Source: a virus
Lineage: Duplodnaviria; Caudoviricetes
DNA: 41,170 nt
Strand: one strand, 5' to 3'
Virus record (IMG/VR): IMGVR_UViG_3300034349_000002
Span: 1-41,170 of that record
Below, piece after piece: positions 1-9,046 of the stretch. How positions within the stretch are numbered: position 1 is the first letter of the stretch; the number at the start of each line of letters is the position of its first letter. Below the pieces are notes generated by a model. The model did no database searches and had not been told where the DNA came from. It was given only the letters and a program-made list of their open reading frames with translations. The translations under genes and the position numbers were made by a program.

Positions 1-127
1 CTTTAAACTTTTGTGTCATAAAAAGCTCTTTAAGGTCTCCATTAGTACACATCCAGACCCTTGATGTCAAGCACTACCTTAAGGTCCACTTGAAGACCCT
101 TAAGGAGTTCCTTGTAGTAAAGCCCAT
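1..127. repeat. 127-bp end overlap, identical to 41005-41131 (assembly circularity overlap, not the biological terminal repeat)
   Basis: Exact identity of 1-127 with 41005-41131, diverging at the next base; 127 is a common de Bruijn k-mer size. Confidence 0.9.
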
Positions 128-160
128 GGAGGGTATGCTGTCAAGCATCCCGTAATGGGC
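122..160. other. Imperfect palindrome, candidate M-hairpin site for terminal-repeat duplication
   Basis: gcccat-gga-ggg-t-atgct-gtca-agcat-ccc-gta-atgggc, lying between gene 19.5 and the terminal repeat; its fold-back product is seen at the contig end. Confidence 0.7.
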
Positions 161-178
161 CGTGTTGGCGGTCGTGCA

Positions 179-349
179 TCATCCAGCACAGAGGGTAAGG
201 GCGCATACGACCTGCATAACCCCAGCCATTAAGGTCTCACCATTGGCGAACCCAAAGGCCACAAGGCAGACGCCCAGGAACTTGTAGGTGGCACGGTGGG
301 TCGCTAAGCGTGCAAGGATGAGCAGGAAGGTAGCAGTACGCTTGCCCAT
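179..349 (-). CDS. 19.5: gp19.5-like small hydrophobic protein (56 aa)
   Basis: Translated by hand: MGKRTATFLLILARLATHRATYKFLGVCLVAFG...; AAGGAG RBS; last gene after terminase and phiOR. Confidence 0.8.
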   Translation of the reverse strand: MGKRTATFLLILARLATHRATYKFLGVCLVAFGFANGETLMAGVMQVVCALTLCAG

Positions 350-472
350 CTGTCTCTCCTTGAGTCTTGTGTCTCTGCATTAGCAGAAGAACACTCTTCC
401 ATTGAGTCCCTCCCTGAGTGCCCTTTAAGGGGTCTTTAAGGAGGGTATCTGTTGGGTAACTTTAAGTCCCCC

Positions 473-496
473 TCTTGGTATAGGTGAGGGTTTTTA
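473..496 (-). promoter_or_regulatory. Phage RNAP promoter (phiOR-like)
   Basis: TAAAAACCCTCACCTATACCAAGA matches the 10-copy consensus; lies downstream of terminase. Confidence 0.9.
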
Positions 497-549
497 AATG
501 TGTCCCCAGAGTGACCAGAAAGGATCTTCCAGTCACCCTTTAGGGACCC

Positions 550-2310
550 TTACCAGCCCATATAATTGGTGTCATCACCGTCATCTGTGTAACGGATCTC
601 AACACCGTCACCCATAACGATCAGCTCAGCACCCTCATAGCCCAGGAGGTCATCCTCCATGTGGGACTGAAGGAACTCATCAAGCATCTCCTGTGCGCCT
701 TCCTCACTGTTCTTTTCCATGGACTCCATGAAGAACGCTACACCGATTGCCAGGGCATCCAGCCGGTCATCATGACCCAGCGAACCACGCTCCTTGGTGA
801 GGCGAGTGAGCTGATAGAAGCCCGAGTAGGCCACATCAGTGGTGCCATCGTTGTTGAGTGCAGTGCTGTAGTCCCGTTCAATAACCGAGTCCATCACCAC
901 CAGCTTATGACTGCCCAGGACAGGCTCCAGAACGTCGCAGATGCGTAGTTCCTTCTGACCCTTGGACTTGACCTCAGTGATCGCACAGCGGTGCGTCTTG
1001 GTCATGATAGGGCTGAACAGCTTGGTGTACATGCCATCGCCGAAGTTGCCCTCAATGATGACCTCATTCACCTTGTACTTCTTGCCGATGTCAGCCAGCT
1101 TCTGCAAGGTCGCATCCTCGTACCCACCACGGAAACCGCCCCAGTCCATCAGGAAGATATAGCCGTTCAGTTGGTACAGAACACAGTAGCCAGTTTCATC
1201 CTTACCACGGCCACTCGGGTCGATAGCGAGGATCTTGCCCTGGTACTCAGCGGTAGACACACCCACAGCCTGATAGCGGTGGAAACGGTCACCCTTAAGG
1301 CCCGTCAAGGGAAGCCCTGTGGCCTCGTTAGAGGGGTTAGGGAGCCAGGAGAAGGTCGTAGGTGCTGCATCCATCGACAAGGCCGCAACGATGAAGTCAC
1401 GAAGCTTGAGAGGGTACTTCTCGATGTCCGAGAGGTTAGGGTTAAGCATGAACTGAAGGGCGAAGCCACCTTTGCCATAGGACAGTTCCCGTTCCCGTAA
1501 GTCCGTCTCGTCGAACCGGATAGGGTCCGTTGGGGCGCCATACAGTCGAGGGTCTGCCATGAGTTCCACAATGATCGCCGGGGCGATACGGGATCGGTTC
1601 CCCTTGGCGTGAAAGTAGGACTCAAGGTCAGCCACATCACGAGGATAGCGAGCTGGCCAAATGGTTGTGCTGTAACCACGATCTTCAAGTTCCCGGTAGA
1701 GGGTCATCTCGGTCTGAGGGGTTCCCAGATAGATGATCGTGCCGTCTGGCTTCAGGATCGCATCGAACTCCTTAACGAGTTCCCCGAGGTGGTCCCGAGC
1801 AGATTGAGTGCCCGAGTTGCCCGGTACTTCCACGTCATCCGCAATGAGGATGTCAGCACGGGAACCAGTCATACCACCAGTCACACCCACCGACTTAACG
1901 GAAGGGCTGTGGTCAGGTCTGGCAGGTCCCACGTCGAAGCTCAGTGCGGAGTCCCGCTGGCCAGCCCGAGGCTTAAGCTCATGAAGGAACGGGAGCAGGT
2001 CGATGATGCGCTTGATAAACACGCTGTTGGCGTCAGCACGGTCCTTGTTCGCAGACACGATCATGATCTTGAGGTCTGGATTGTTCCAGAGCTTCCAGAC
2101 CACGAAGGCGCACGTGATGAAGGACTTGCCGATACCCCGGAATGCTTGAAGGATGAATCGCCGGTCGGTTTGAGACGCCAGCTTCTTGGACATGTCGATC
2201 TGTTGCTTGGTTGGTTTCGGAAGGTTCAGCGCCGCCCAAAGGACGAAGAGGAACGCAATGAAATTTCCCTTGAGCAACTTGATCTGTTTAGCGTTGTCGG
2301 CGTTAGCCAT
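550..2310 (-). CDS. 19: Terminase large subunit
   Basis: Walker [19 protein letters not shown] Walker [13 protein letters not shown] nuclease motif, HDDRLDA; T7 gp19-like. Confidence 0.98.
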   Translation of the reverse strand: MANADNAKQIKLLKGNFIAFLFVLWAALNLPKPTKQQIDMSKKLASQTDRRFILQAFRGIGKSFITCAFVVWKLWNNPDLKIMIVSANKDRADANSVFIKRIIDLLPFLHELKPRAGQRDSALSFDVGPARPDHSPSVKSVGVTGGMTGSRADILIADDVEVPGNSGTQSARDHLGELVKEFDAILKPDGTIIYLGTPQTEMTLYRELEDRGYSTTIWPARYPRDVADLESYFHAKGNRSRIAPAIIVELMADPRLYGAPTDPIRFDETDLRERELSYGKGGFALQFMLNPNLSDIEKYPLKLRDFIVAALSMDAAPTTFSWLPNPSNEATGLPLTGLKGDRFHRYQAVGVSTAEYQGKILAIDPSGRGKDETGYCVLYQLNGYIFLMDWGGFRGGYEDATLQKLADIGKKYKVNEVIIEGNFGDGMYTKLFSPIMTKTHRCAITEVKSKGQKELRICDVLEPVLGSHKLVVMDSVIERDYSTALNNDGTTDVAYSGFYQLTRLTKERGSLGHDDRLDALAIGVAFFMESMEKNSEEGAQEMLDEFLQSHMEDDLLGYEGAELIVMGDGVEIRYTDDGDDTNYMGW

Positions 2311-2446
2311 GGGCCACCTCCTTCATCGGGAGGGAGAACTCACACAGCTTCTGGGCCATCTCTTCCGAGTGGACCTTGGCCAGCAGAACACCGTCGCAGT
2401 AAACGAACCAACGGCCTTTCATTACTTCCTTGTACGAGAGGGTCAT
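2303..2446 (-). CDS. Hypothetical protein (47 aa), not in ORF track
   Basis: [47 protein letters not shown]; start overlaps the i-spanin stop (ATGA), end overlaps the terminase start, and it fills the gap exactly. Confidence 0.7.
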   Translation of the reverse strand: MTLSYKEVMKGRWFVYCDGVLLAKVHSEEMAQKLCEFSLPMKEVAHG

Positions 2447-2889
2447 TTGGTCAGCCCTCTCACAATTTCTTGGAGAGCCTGAACCTGACTGTCAGCGTCC
2501 TGAGTTATTCGGACAAGAGCTTGAGCAGTCGATGGGTGTAACTCGGCGCGACCATTAACGATTGCTCCACTACAACTTTGGAGACTGGCGATGGTTGCAT
2601 CGGCGAGCTTGACGCGCAGCTTGACGTTGCCGCTACGAAGATCAGCAAGGGTCCGATTAGCAGTCCCCTCAGATTGCGCTTGACGTTCCGCAAAAGCCTT
2701 GCTCGAAACGGTGATGATGTCTTGAAGTTCATTACGTTTTGCCTCCCAGTTCTGTTGGTTTTCATTGAGGGTCTTCAGGGCGTCCGCACGTTCACTGGAA
2801 GCACCGAAGTGCCACCCAGTTGCTACGAGACCTGCACTGAAAAGAACCCCCGCTAAGGCCCCAAAGAGGCCGGTACGGAGGCTCATCAT
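2443..2889 (-). CDS. 18.5: Rz-like i-spanin
   Basis: N-terminal TM helix, coiled coil, DLRSGNVKLRVK and GRAELH motifs; position after small terminase. Confidence 0.9.
   Translation of the reverse strand: MMSLRTGLFGALAGVLFSAGLVATGWHFGASSERADALKTLNENQQNWEAKRNELQDIITVSSKAFAERQAQSEGTANRTLADLRSGNVKLRVKLADATIASLQSCSGAIVNGRAELHPSTAQALVRITQDADSQVQALQEIVRGLTK
2505..2732 (-). CDS. 18.7: Rz1-like o-spanin lipoprotein embedded in the i-spanin gene (start could be 2765)
   Basis: Nested alternate frame: basic N-terminus, hydrophobic stretch GLLIGPLLIFVAA, lipobox-like TSSC, then a Pro/Ser-rich segment. Confidence 0.75.
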   Translation of the reverse strand: MNFKTSSPFRARLLRNVKRNLRGLLIGPLLIFVAATSSCASSSPMQPSPVSKVVVEQSLMVAPSYTHRLLKLLSE

Positions 2890-3146
2890 TGGAGGCGACC
2901 CTCCTGTTCCTCGAAGTCCATCTTTTGGAATTCGTCGAGGGCACTTTGAAGCTCACCGAGGACCGGTGCGTCCACCGCAAGTTTCTTGATGGTGAAGGCG
3001 TGACGGGTCAACAGCTTGTCGATTGCCGCATAGAGCTGAGGGGTACGCTTTTCGTCGTTCCTCAGGTCGGCCAACAGGTACTGAGCCTTCTCGGTGTCGA
3101 GCAACTCTAAGAGCACCTCAAGGGCACTACGCATATCTTGGGACAT
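2886..3146 (-). CDS. 18: Terminase small subunit
   Basis: MSQDMRSALEVLLELLDTE...DLRNDEKRTPQLYAAIDKLLTRH, T7 gp18-like; start trimmed to the ATG after the AAGGAG RBS. Confidence 0.92.
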   Translation of the reverse strand: MSQDMRSALEVLLELLDTEKAQYLLADLRNDEKRTPQLYAAIDKLLTRHAFTIKKLAVDAPVLGELQSALDEFQKMDFEEQEGRLQ

Positions 3147-3151
3147 TTTGA

Positions 3152-3343
3152 CTACTCCTTGTCTTTGCGTCGTTCTTCCCTGACGGTCTTGTAAATTACC
3201 AAGGCCAACTGGACGACGGTGTAAACGATAGTGACGATGTAGAAAAGCTCGTGCAGGGGCAGTCCCTTTAGACCAGCCCAAGTGTCGGCACCAACAGCAC
3301 CGACGATAGGGGCAGCACGTACCGCCCCTTCGTTGAAGTCCAT
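3152..3343 (-). CDS. 17.5: Class II holin
   Basis: DFNEGAVRAAPIVGAVGAD...FYIVTIVYTVVQ with a basic C-terminus, T7 gp17.5-like. Confidence 0.92.
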   Translation of the reverse strand: MDFNEGAVRAAPIVGAVGADTWAGLKGLPLHELFYIVTIVYTVVQLALVIYKTVREERRKDKE

Positions 3344-3358
3344 TTCAATCTCCTCCTG

Positions 3359-4951
3359 TTATCGTTCGTTGCCATATGCGAATACGTCGAGGGTCACCGC
3401 ATGTCCCGCTGGGATGGCCGACACTTTCCAGACTAATTGGCGCCCCGCACTTGTTGGCATATGCGTGAACGCACGGGACGCAACAGGTCCACCTCCAGAG
3501 AATGCTCGCTGCACTGTCGTGCCATCACCATAAGATGAGGAGAGATAGGCATCATAGATACTGGCCGCTGTTGGAAGGGTAAGCATAAGCCCTACCCATG
3601 TAGTTGTTGGTGGAACTACAGTGTTCACATCTACAACGTACCCTACCCCCACAGAGGGCGCCCCCTGGTTGAGTACCCGGAACGGAGAAGCGTTAATACT
3701 TTCGAGGTACTCGATAGTCCCCTGAGGGGTCCATGCAAAGTTCATAAACCCGCTCCCCGACGACTTGCTGCGGAGGGAACACAGGTATCTACGGGTAGTG
3801 TTTCCTGTCTTAGATCGCGCAGTCCCGAAGTAAATGACAGGGGCAGTCGTAGAGATTTCCAAAGCTGGGGCGTTAGTACCCGAGTCGTAGAGGTAGACGT
3901 AGTACCACGTGTTGACGGTGGTTGACCCGAGGACCGCTGTAAGGCCACTCAATGGCACCTGTAGAAGCTTCCCAGTTGAAGGGATCACAGCAATGCCAGA
4001 TGACACAGTAATGGACAATGCGTTAGTAGCATCACGGGAAGGGATCAGTCCTGAAATAAAATCAGCTCCTACCCCGGCAGCGGCAGCAGCGGCAGAAATA
4101 GCCACGTCGCGCGCCGCCTCGGCTCCACTCTTCGCCGCCTGACTTGCAGTGGCAGAGGCCCCAGAAAGCCCGGCCTGAGTTGCCGAAATACCAGCCTGAG
4201 TTGCCGAAATACCAGCCTGAGTTGCCGAAATACCAGCCTGAGTTGCTGAAGTAACAGCGGACGCCGCCGACTTTCTGGAATGGTGATAGCTCGAATACAG
4301 GCCACCAGACACTACAACGTCCTCAGCTTTCGTAGCCCAATCCTTGGAGGACAGATTGGATACCTCGGAGGCATTCTTCGAGACTGTGGCAGCGTCCCGT
4401 GCAGACTCAGCGGCGAGCCGTGAAGCCTGACTTACGGCGGCACTGTTGGCAGACGCAATCGCTTGATTTAGTGCTGACTGACCCCATGCCTGTTCCTGGC
4501 GAAAGGTTACGGCGTCCCCAGGCAGGACAGCATCTGCCAAGTTAATGATCTTGCGCCCCCGTGCATCAAGGTTGCCACTGGTGTCCACACCGATGGTATC
4601 AGTGGCGATATCGCGGCCTTCCTCGGCAATGTGCAGGGACTGTACTTGGGCAGTGTTCAGGTCGTAGGCGCGAAGGATCGAACCGTCCGAGAAGTCCACA
4701 AGGCGCTCGGTGGCCGAGGTGTACCGTCGGATCTCGATCAATGTGTAGCCCTGACCGGCACCCCAGGCGAGCGTGGTGGTGATCGTGGTACGGGTCGAGA
4801 ACCGATAGTCGGTGTTCAGTACGAGGGTCTTGCGGTCTGTACCAATAAGGGTCACTTGGACGAACTTACGTGCCAGGTATTCGAAGGGAATATTGAAGTC
4901 CTTTTGGGCCCCATTAAGCTGGTACGTCAGGACTGTTTTAGGTGTAGCCAT
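3359..4951 (-). CDS. 17: Tail fibre protein
   Basis: T7 gp17 N-terminal anchor (FNIPFEYLARKFVQVTL...RLVDFSDGSILRAYDLN), Ala/Ser-rich shaft, distinct C-terminal domain. Confidence 0.96.
   Translation of the reverse strand: MATPKTVLTYQLNGAQKDFNIPFEYLARKFVQVTLIGTDRKTLVLNTDYRFSTRTTITTTLAWGAGQGYTLIEIRRYTSATERLVDFSDGSILRAYDLNTAQVQSLHIAEEGRDIATDTIGVDTSGNLDARGRKIINLADAVLPGDAVTFRQEQAWGQSALNQAIASANSAAVSQASRLAAESARDAATVSKNASEVSNLSSKDWATKAEDVVVSGGLYSSYHHSRKSAASAVTSATQAGISATQAGISATQAGISATQAGLSGASATASQAAKSGAEAARDVAISAAAAAAGVGADFISGLIPSRDATNALSITVSSGIAVIPSTGKLLQVPLSGLTAVLGSTTVNTWYYVYLYDSGTNAPALEISTTAPVIYFGTARSKTGNTTRRYLCSLRSKSSGSGFMNFAWTPQGTIEYLESINASPFRVLNQGAPSVGVGYVVDVNTVVPPTTTWVGLMLTLPTAASIYDAYLSSSYGDGTTVQRAFSGGGPVASRAFTHMPTSAGRQLVWKVSAIPAGHAVTLDVFAYGNER
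4173..4246. repeat. 21-bp in-frame tandem repeat (3.5 copies) encoding ATQAGIS in the tail fibre shaft
   Basis: gcctgagttgccgaaatacca x3 plus a partial copy. Confidence 0.95.
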
Positions 4952-4989
4952 ACGTTCCTCCTTGGATCGTGTGGAGGCCTGTGTGAGCG

Positions 4990-5013
4990 CCTCGGTATAG
5001 GTGAGGGTTTATT
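4990..5013 (-). promoter_or_regulatory. Phage RNAP promoter (phi17-like)
   Basis: AATAAACCCTCACCTATACCGAGG, overlapping the gene 16 stop. Confidence 0.88.
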
Positions 5014-8000
5014 TGCGGATCTCGATACCCTGGTCTTCCATGATTTTCATCAAGAGGTACTGCGAAGCTGGGTCATTCGGGATGATTCCGCGAAGGCCGT
5101 TGTACATCCCGGTCATGTACTCCTGATCGCTACGGCGACCTTTCGAACCTGTGAGACCAAAGGCGTTGTAACCGGCTTGGCCCAGAGATCCAAGGAAACC
5201 GACGGCTGGGATCTGGTCACCAACACGTCCAGCAAATCCAGTGAATACGTCCGACTGGGTAGGTTTGTACTTCATCGCCCCTGGTTCCTTCTGTTGCTTA
5301 GGACGCGGGAGGATGGAGGAGCGGACCATAGCGGCCTGATCGAACCCCAGGGGTGCCGCGATCATGTTGGCGAGACCCAAGGGTGCCCCGATGTGGGACG
5401 ACCGTGATAGGGCCGCGTAGGCCAGCATACTCGGGTCCAATGCCTGCTTAAGGAACTTCTCACGATCTCGTGGTGGCATCGTAGAGGACTGGGCGTACTT
5501 CATTGCTGCATACATCCCTGTGGCCATCCCTGTAGCAATGATTGCCTGCATGGTCTGGTCGATTGCCCGACTGTTCTTGGTGCTGTCATGGAAGCCACGG
5601 ACCAATCGAGCGTTTACGGAGCGCATGGTGAAGTTCTTGAACTGCATGGCCATCTTGACGCCAGCACCATAAGCCACGGTGTCCTGTGAGGACAGTTTGT
5701 GTGGGCGCAGAATCGTCTCATCGGCCAGCTTGTCGCCCATCCGCCAGATGTCCATGGAAGCGGGATTGGACTGGAAGGCCTTGCGATCAGTAATGGTCAC
5801 CTTGCCGTCCGGGCCCATCTTGGTGGCTACCTTGATGAGATCCTGCATGTCCTTGAACTGGGCCGGTGAGATGGACAGGGAGTGAAGCCGCTTCTCGTCG
5901 AAGAGGTTCGTTGCGAGACCCTGACCTGCACCCTTCTTGCCGTAGGTGTGATTCACCAGTTCCATAAGGAACCCTTGACGGCCCGCATCGGCGATGTAGT
6001 TGGACGACTCGATGAGGAACTTGGTGAACGGACTCCGAGCGGAGAGTTCCCCAGTGGCCCACTTAAAGGTGCCCATTACGGACGACGCCACAGGACCGGA
6101 ATCAGCATGGTCACGAAGACGCATAATGATGTCCTGACGGGACGGACGAATCAGGTCATCCAGTTCACGACCGAAGACCAGACCGTGCATTTCACGGAGA
6201 TTCTTAGCGTCGATCTTGGCGCCCCAGGTCATCATGTCACGCAACACAGGGATACCCTTGAGCAGCATGGCGGTGTGACCTTTGGTGACAAGTGCAGCCG
6301 TCTCGGTCAGACCTTGAATGCCCATGTAGGCGTTCTTAGCGACAAAGCTCAGGTCGGTCACAGCACGGGCAAAGGTGGCCAGCTCACCATCAGGGTCTCT
6401 ACGGGCACGTCCTGTCAGAAGCTTCACGCCGTCCTCCAGGGCCCGTTGTTCCTTCGAACTCTTCTTGCCGATACCCATGGCCACGATCTGATCCTTCAAG
6501 GCCTCAGTGGACTTACCGGTGGCCCCCATGATGCCGATGTCACCGTTCACGCGGCGGTCGTAGCTTGGGGTGATACGGGTCAGGTCGAAGTCTCGAAGGT
6601 CGTTCACCGCAAAGGTGGTGCCATCACTCAATGAAACGGACACGTCCGAGTCGAAGAGGTGACGACCTTCGAGAAAGTTATTGTTCTCAGCACCCACCAA
6701 CCCAGTAACCTGATCGTCCACCAAGTGGGAACGGTTGAACTCACTCGTGTGGCTGATACCGTAGGCCTTATTCTTGGCGTAGGTCTCGACTGCTTCCTGA
6801 ATCGCCTGAGGGGTCATTACTTTGCCCTTGTTGGATTCAGCGATCATCTTATCAATACGAGCCTTCACGTTTGGCCGGGAAGCGTAGGAGGCCATCCAGC
6901 TCTCCATAATGGCTGTCTGCAAGCCCTCGTTGCTCCCGAATTTAGCCGTGTAGATGTTCTTGGCTGCATCCGAGTAGACGTTAGGGATGTACGACCCTTC
7001 ATGCCGAGTGGCTCCCAGGACGTTGGTGGCCCGAGGGTTACCGAACTGAGCAGGGTTGTGCAACAGGTCCAGCTTACGGTCGAAGTGGGTCTTCAAGGCC
7101 TCCATGAGTTTCAGCTCGCCCGGTGCCAACTGGCCTTTCTTGGCCCCAGTGGAATCCTCAAGGGCCTCAGAGACACGACGATAGGCCAACTCCATGTCTG
7201 CCTTACGGCCACCTTTAGAGTTCGCATAGCGCACATCGTCAATTGCCTCGTGTACTGCTGAGACGATGTTGTTGTAGCTGACGTGATCCTGGCCACGGAT
7301 ACGCTCAATGATGTCCGAGGCAGTCGCCCCGAACTTACCGTTAGAGCCCGAGACGGTCCCTGTGGTGGAGCGGAACAGTTGATTGCCGATGTCCCGCACT
7401 GCTGGGTTCTCCGAGCGGTTCAACGTGTACCCGATCTCAGTGAACCCACCCATGGTTGCCCCACGAGCTGCACGGTCTGCTTCAGGCTCCAGGGCCGAGG
7501 CCATCGCAATGGTCTTCGGGTTGATCGGGGAGCCGCCAGACAGCACAGAGCCATCAGGCATCCGTACTGCACCAGCCTCACTTGGATGGTCTACCCAACT
7601 GTGGCCATTCCACTCCATGATCTGATCAGAGTCATGCCAGCCCATCTTCGAGGGGTCCTCAGCACCGACCTGACGGGCAGTCTCACGGGCCTCAAGGCGC
7701 ATAGAGGGACCAGCATACTCGTTAGGCATTGCCGACTCGCCATGGCGCGCTAAGGTGGACTCCAGGGCCTGATCGGACATCTCAGTGCGACCCAAAGGGA
7801 AGGCACGGGAGGCGATACGGTCGATCAGGGCAGTCATCCCACCACCGATCAAGGCACCACCGACCATTGCGGTCGCATAGTGTCCTTCAATCCCTGTGGT
7901 TTGCTCACGGAGACCTTCAGAGGCCATAGCGAGACCACCCGAGTACAGGCCGGTCTTTACCACTTTGTTGATCAGCTTGGCCCCGGTAGCGCCTGGGATG

Positions 8001-9031
8001 GGAACGTAGGTCAGTGGGTCCACACCAGCACCCGCAAAACCCGCCACCACCTGGGCAGATGTAGAGGTGTCATAGAAGCGCTTCTGCGCCTCCATGTTCT
8101 CCTTGGCGAGCTGGATGCCCTGAGGGATCGCTGCACGGTTGCCACGGGTGTAATCCACAACGAAGCCATACATCTTCGGATTGATCCCTGCGTCCCGCAT
8201 CTGTTGGAAGTCAGAGTCATCCCACGTGTTGGTGTCGTAGGACTTTGCCCAGTCAACCGGGTCCACGATGTCCATCTTAACGTTTCGCATAAGCTGGCCC
8301 AACGAGCTGGTGAATAGCTCAGCCTGGATCGCATCCCCGGTGCCCTCGAACCAACCTTGAGGGGCCTTCCGGTGATCGAACTCGGTCTGTGCAAAGTCTG
8401 CACGTTGGGTGTCTGGTTCTTGTCCCTTTACGCCCATGTTGCCCAACTCAGGGAGAACCCCACGTTGGACCTTAGGGGCTGCCGTCACGCCTTGGGTTGC
8501 ATCAGCGAACGCGACGGCTGGAGCCTTTGGGGAGATGCCTGGATTGGTCACCCCCAGGCCCTGGAACAGTTTGGCCGATGGGGAATCCCCGGCGACACTC
8601 ACGAGGTTCTGCATGTACTTGCGGCCCTCATCGGAGATCTTCGAGAGATCTCCAGCGTCCAGTGCGGCCAACTGAGGGGCGCCCAAACGGCCTTCCCCTT
8701 GGTTGTACGCAAGGGCTGCCTTGAGGTAGTCACCGTTGTATTTCCCCACAAGGTCCTTGGTGAACCGAGCGGCTGCATCAATGGACTTCTCAGGGTTATA
8801 GAAGTCCTCTTCGGTGTTCAACCCATAGGCCTTGCCGGTGTTCTCAGTGAACTGACCGAGACCACGGGGTCCCGTTGGGGACCGGGCGTTAGGGTTAAAG
8901 CTGGACTCGTTGAAGATCTTTTTGTGGAGGTATTCGTAGCTGACTTCGTTCCGATCCGCTGCATCACGGATCATCCCATCGTAAGGCGTACCCGACTTCT
9001 GGAGTGCTGCGTATTCTTCATCGCGATTCAT
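5009..9031 (-). CDS. 16: Internal virion protein D with N-terminal lytic transglycosylase
   Basis: 1340 aa; ESSFNPNARSPTGPRGLGQF and AALAYNQGEG SLT motifs; T7 gp16 position. Confidence 0.97.
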   Translation of the reverse strand: MNRDEEYAALQKSGTPYDGMIRDAADRNEVSYEYLHKKIFNESSFNPNARSPTGPRGLGQFTENTGKAYGLNTEEDFYNPEKSIDAAARFTKDLVGKYNGDYLKAALAYNQGEGRLGAPQLAALDAGDLSKISDEGRKYMQNLVSVAGDSPSAKLFQGLGVTNPGISPKAPAVAFADATQGVTAAPKVQRGVLPELGNMGVKGQEPDTQRADFAQTEFDHRKAPQGWFEGTGDAIQAELFTSSLGQLMRNVKMDIVDPVDWAKSYDTNTWDDSDFQQMRDAGINPKMYGFVVDYTRGNRAAIPQGIQLAKENMEAQKRFYDTSTSAQVVAGFAGAGVDPLTYVPIPGATGAKLINKVVKTGLYSGGLAMASEGLREQTTGIEGHYATAMVGGALIGGGMTALIDRIASRAFPLGRTEMSDQALESTLARHGESAMPNEYAGPSMRLEARETARQVGAEDPSKMGWHDSDQIMEWNGHSWVDHPSEAGAVRMPDGSVLSGGSPINPKTIAMASALEPEADRAARGATMGGFTEIGYTLNRSENPAVRDIGNQLFRSTTGTVSGSNGKFGATASDIIERIRGQDHVSYNNIVSAVHEAIDDVRYANSKGGRKADMELAYRRVSEALEDSTGAKKGQLAPGELKLMEALKTHFDRKLDLLHNPAQFGNPRATNVLGATRHEGSYIPNVYSDAAKNIYTAKFGSNEGLQTAIMESWMASYASRPNVKARIDKMIAESNKGKVMTPQAIQEAVETYAKNKAYGISHTSEFNRSHLVDDQVTGLVGAENNNFLEGRHLFDSDVSVSLSDGTTFAVNDLRDFDLTRITPSYDRRVNGDIGIMGATGKSTEALKDQIVAMGIGKKSSKEQRALEDGVKLLTGRARRDPDGELATFARAVTDLSFVAKNAYMGIQGLTETAALVTKGHTAMLLKGIPVLRDMMTWGAKIDAKNLREMHGLVFGRELDDLIRPSRQDIIMRLRDHADSGPVASSVMGTFKWATGELSARSPFTKFLIESSNYIADAGRQGFLMELVNHTYGKKGAGQGLATNLFDEKRLHSLSISPAQFKDMQDLIKVATKMGPDGKVTITDRKAFQSNPASMDIWRMGDKLADETILRPHKLSSQDTVAYGAGVKMAMQFKNFTMRSVNARLVRGFHDSTKNSRAIDQTMQAIIATGMATGMYAAMKYAQSSTMPPRDREKFLKQALDPSMLAYAALSRSSHIGAPLGLANMIAAPLGFDQAAMVRSSILPRPKQQKEPGAMKYKPTQSDVFTGFAGRVGDQIPAVGFLGSLGQAGYNAFGLTGSKGRRSDQEYMTGMYNGLRGIIPNDPASQYLLMKIMEDQGIEIRK

Positions 9032-9046
9032 TGAGTTCTCCTTTGG

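Noticed and set aside
1-127. End-to-end direct repeat as the phage terminal repeat
   Set aside because: The length matches an assembler k-mer overlap, and TR hallmarks lie at ~40725-40997 instead
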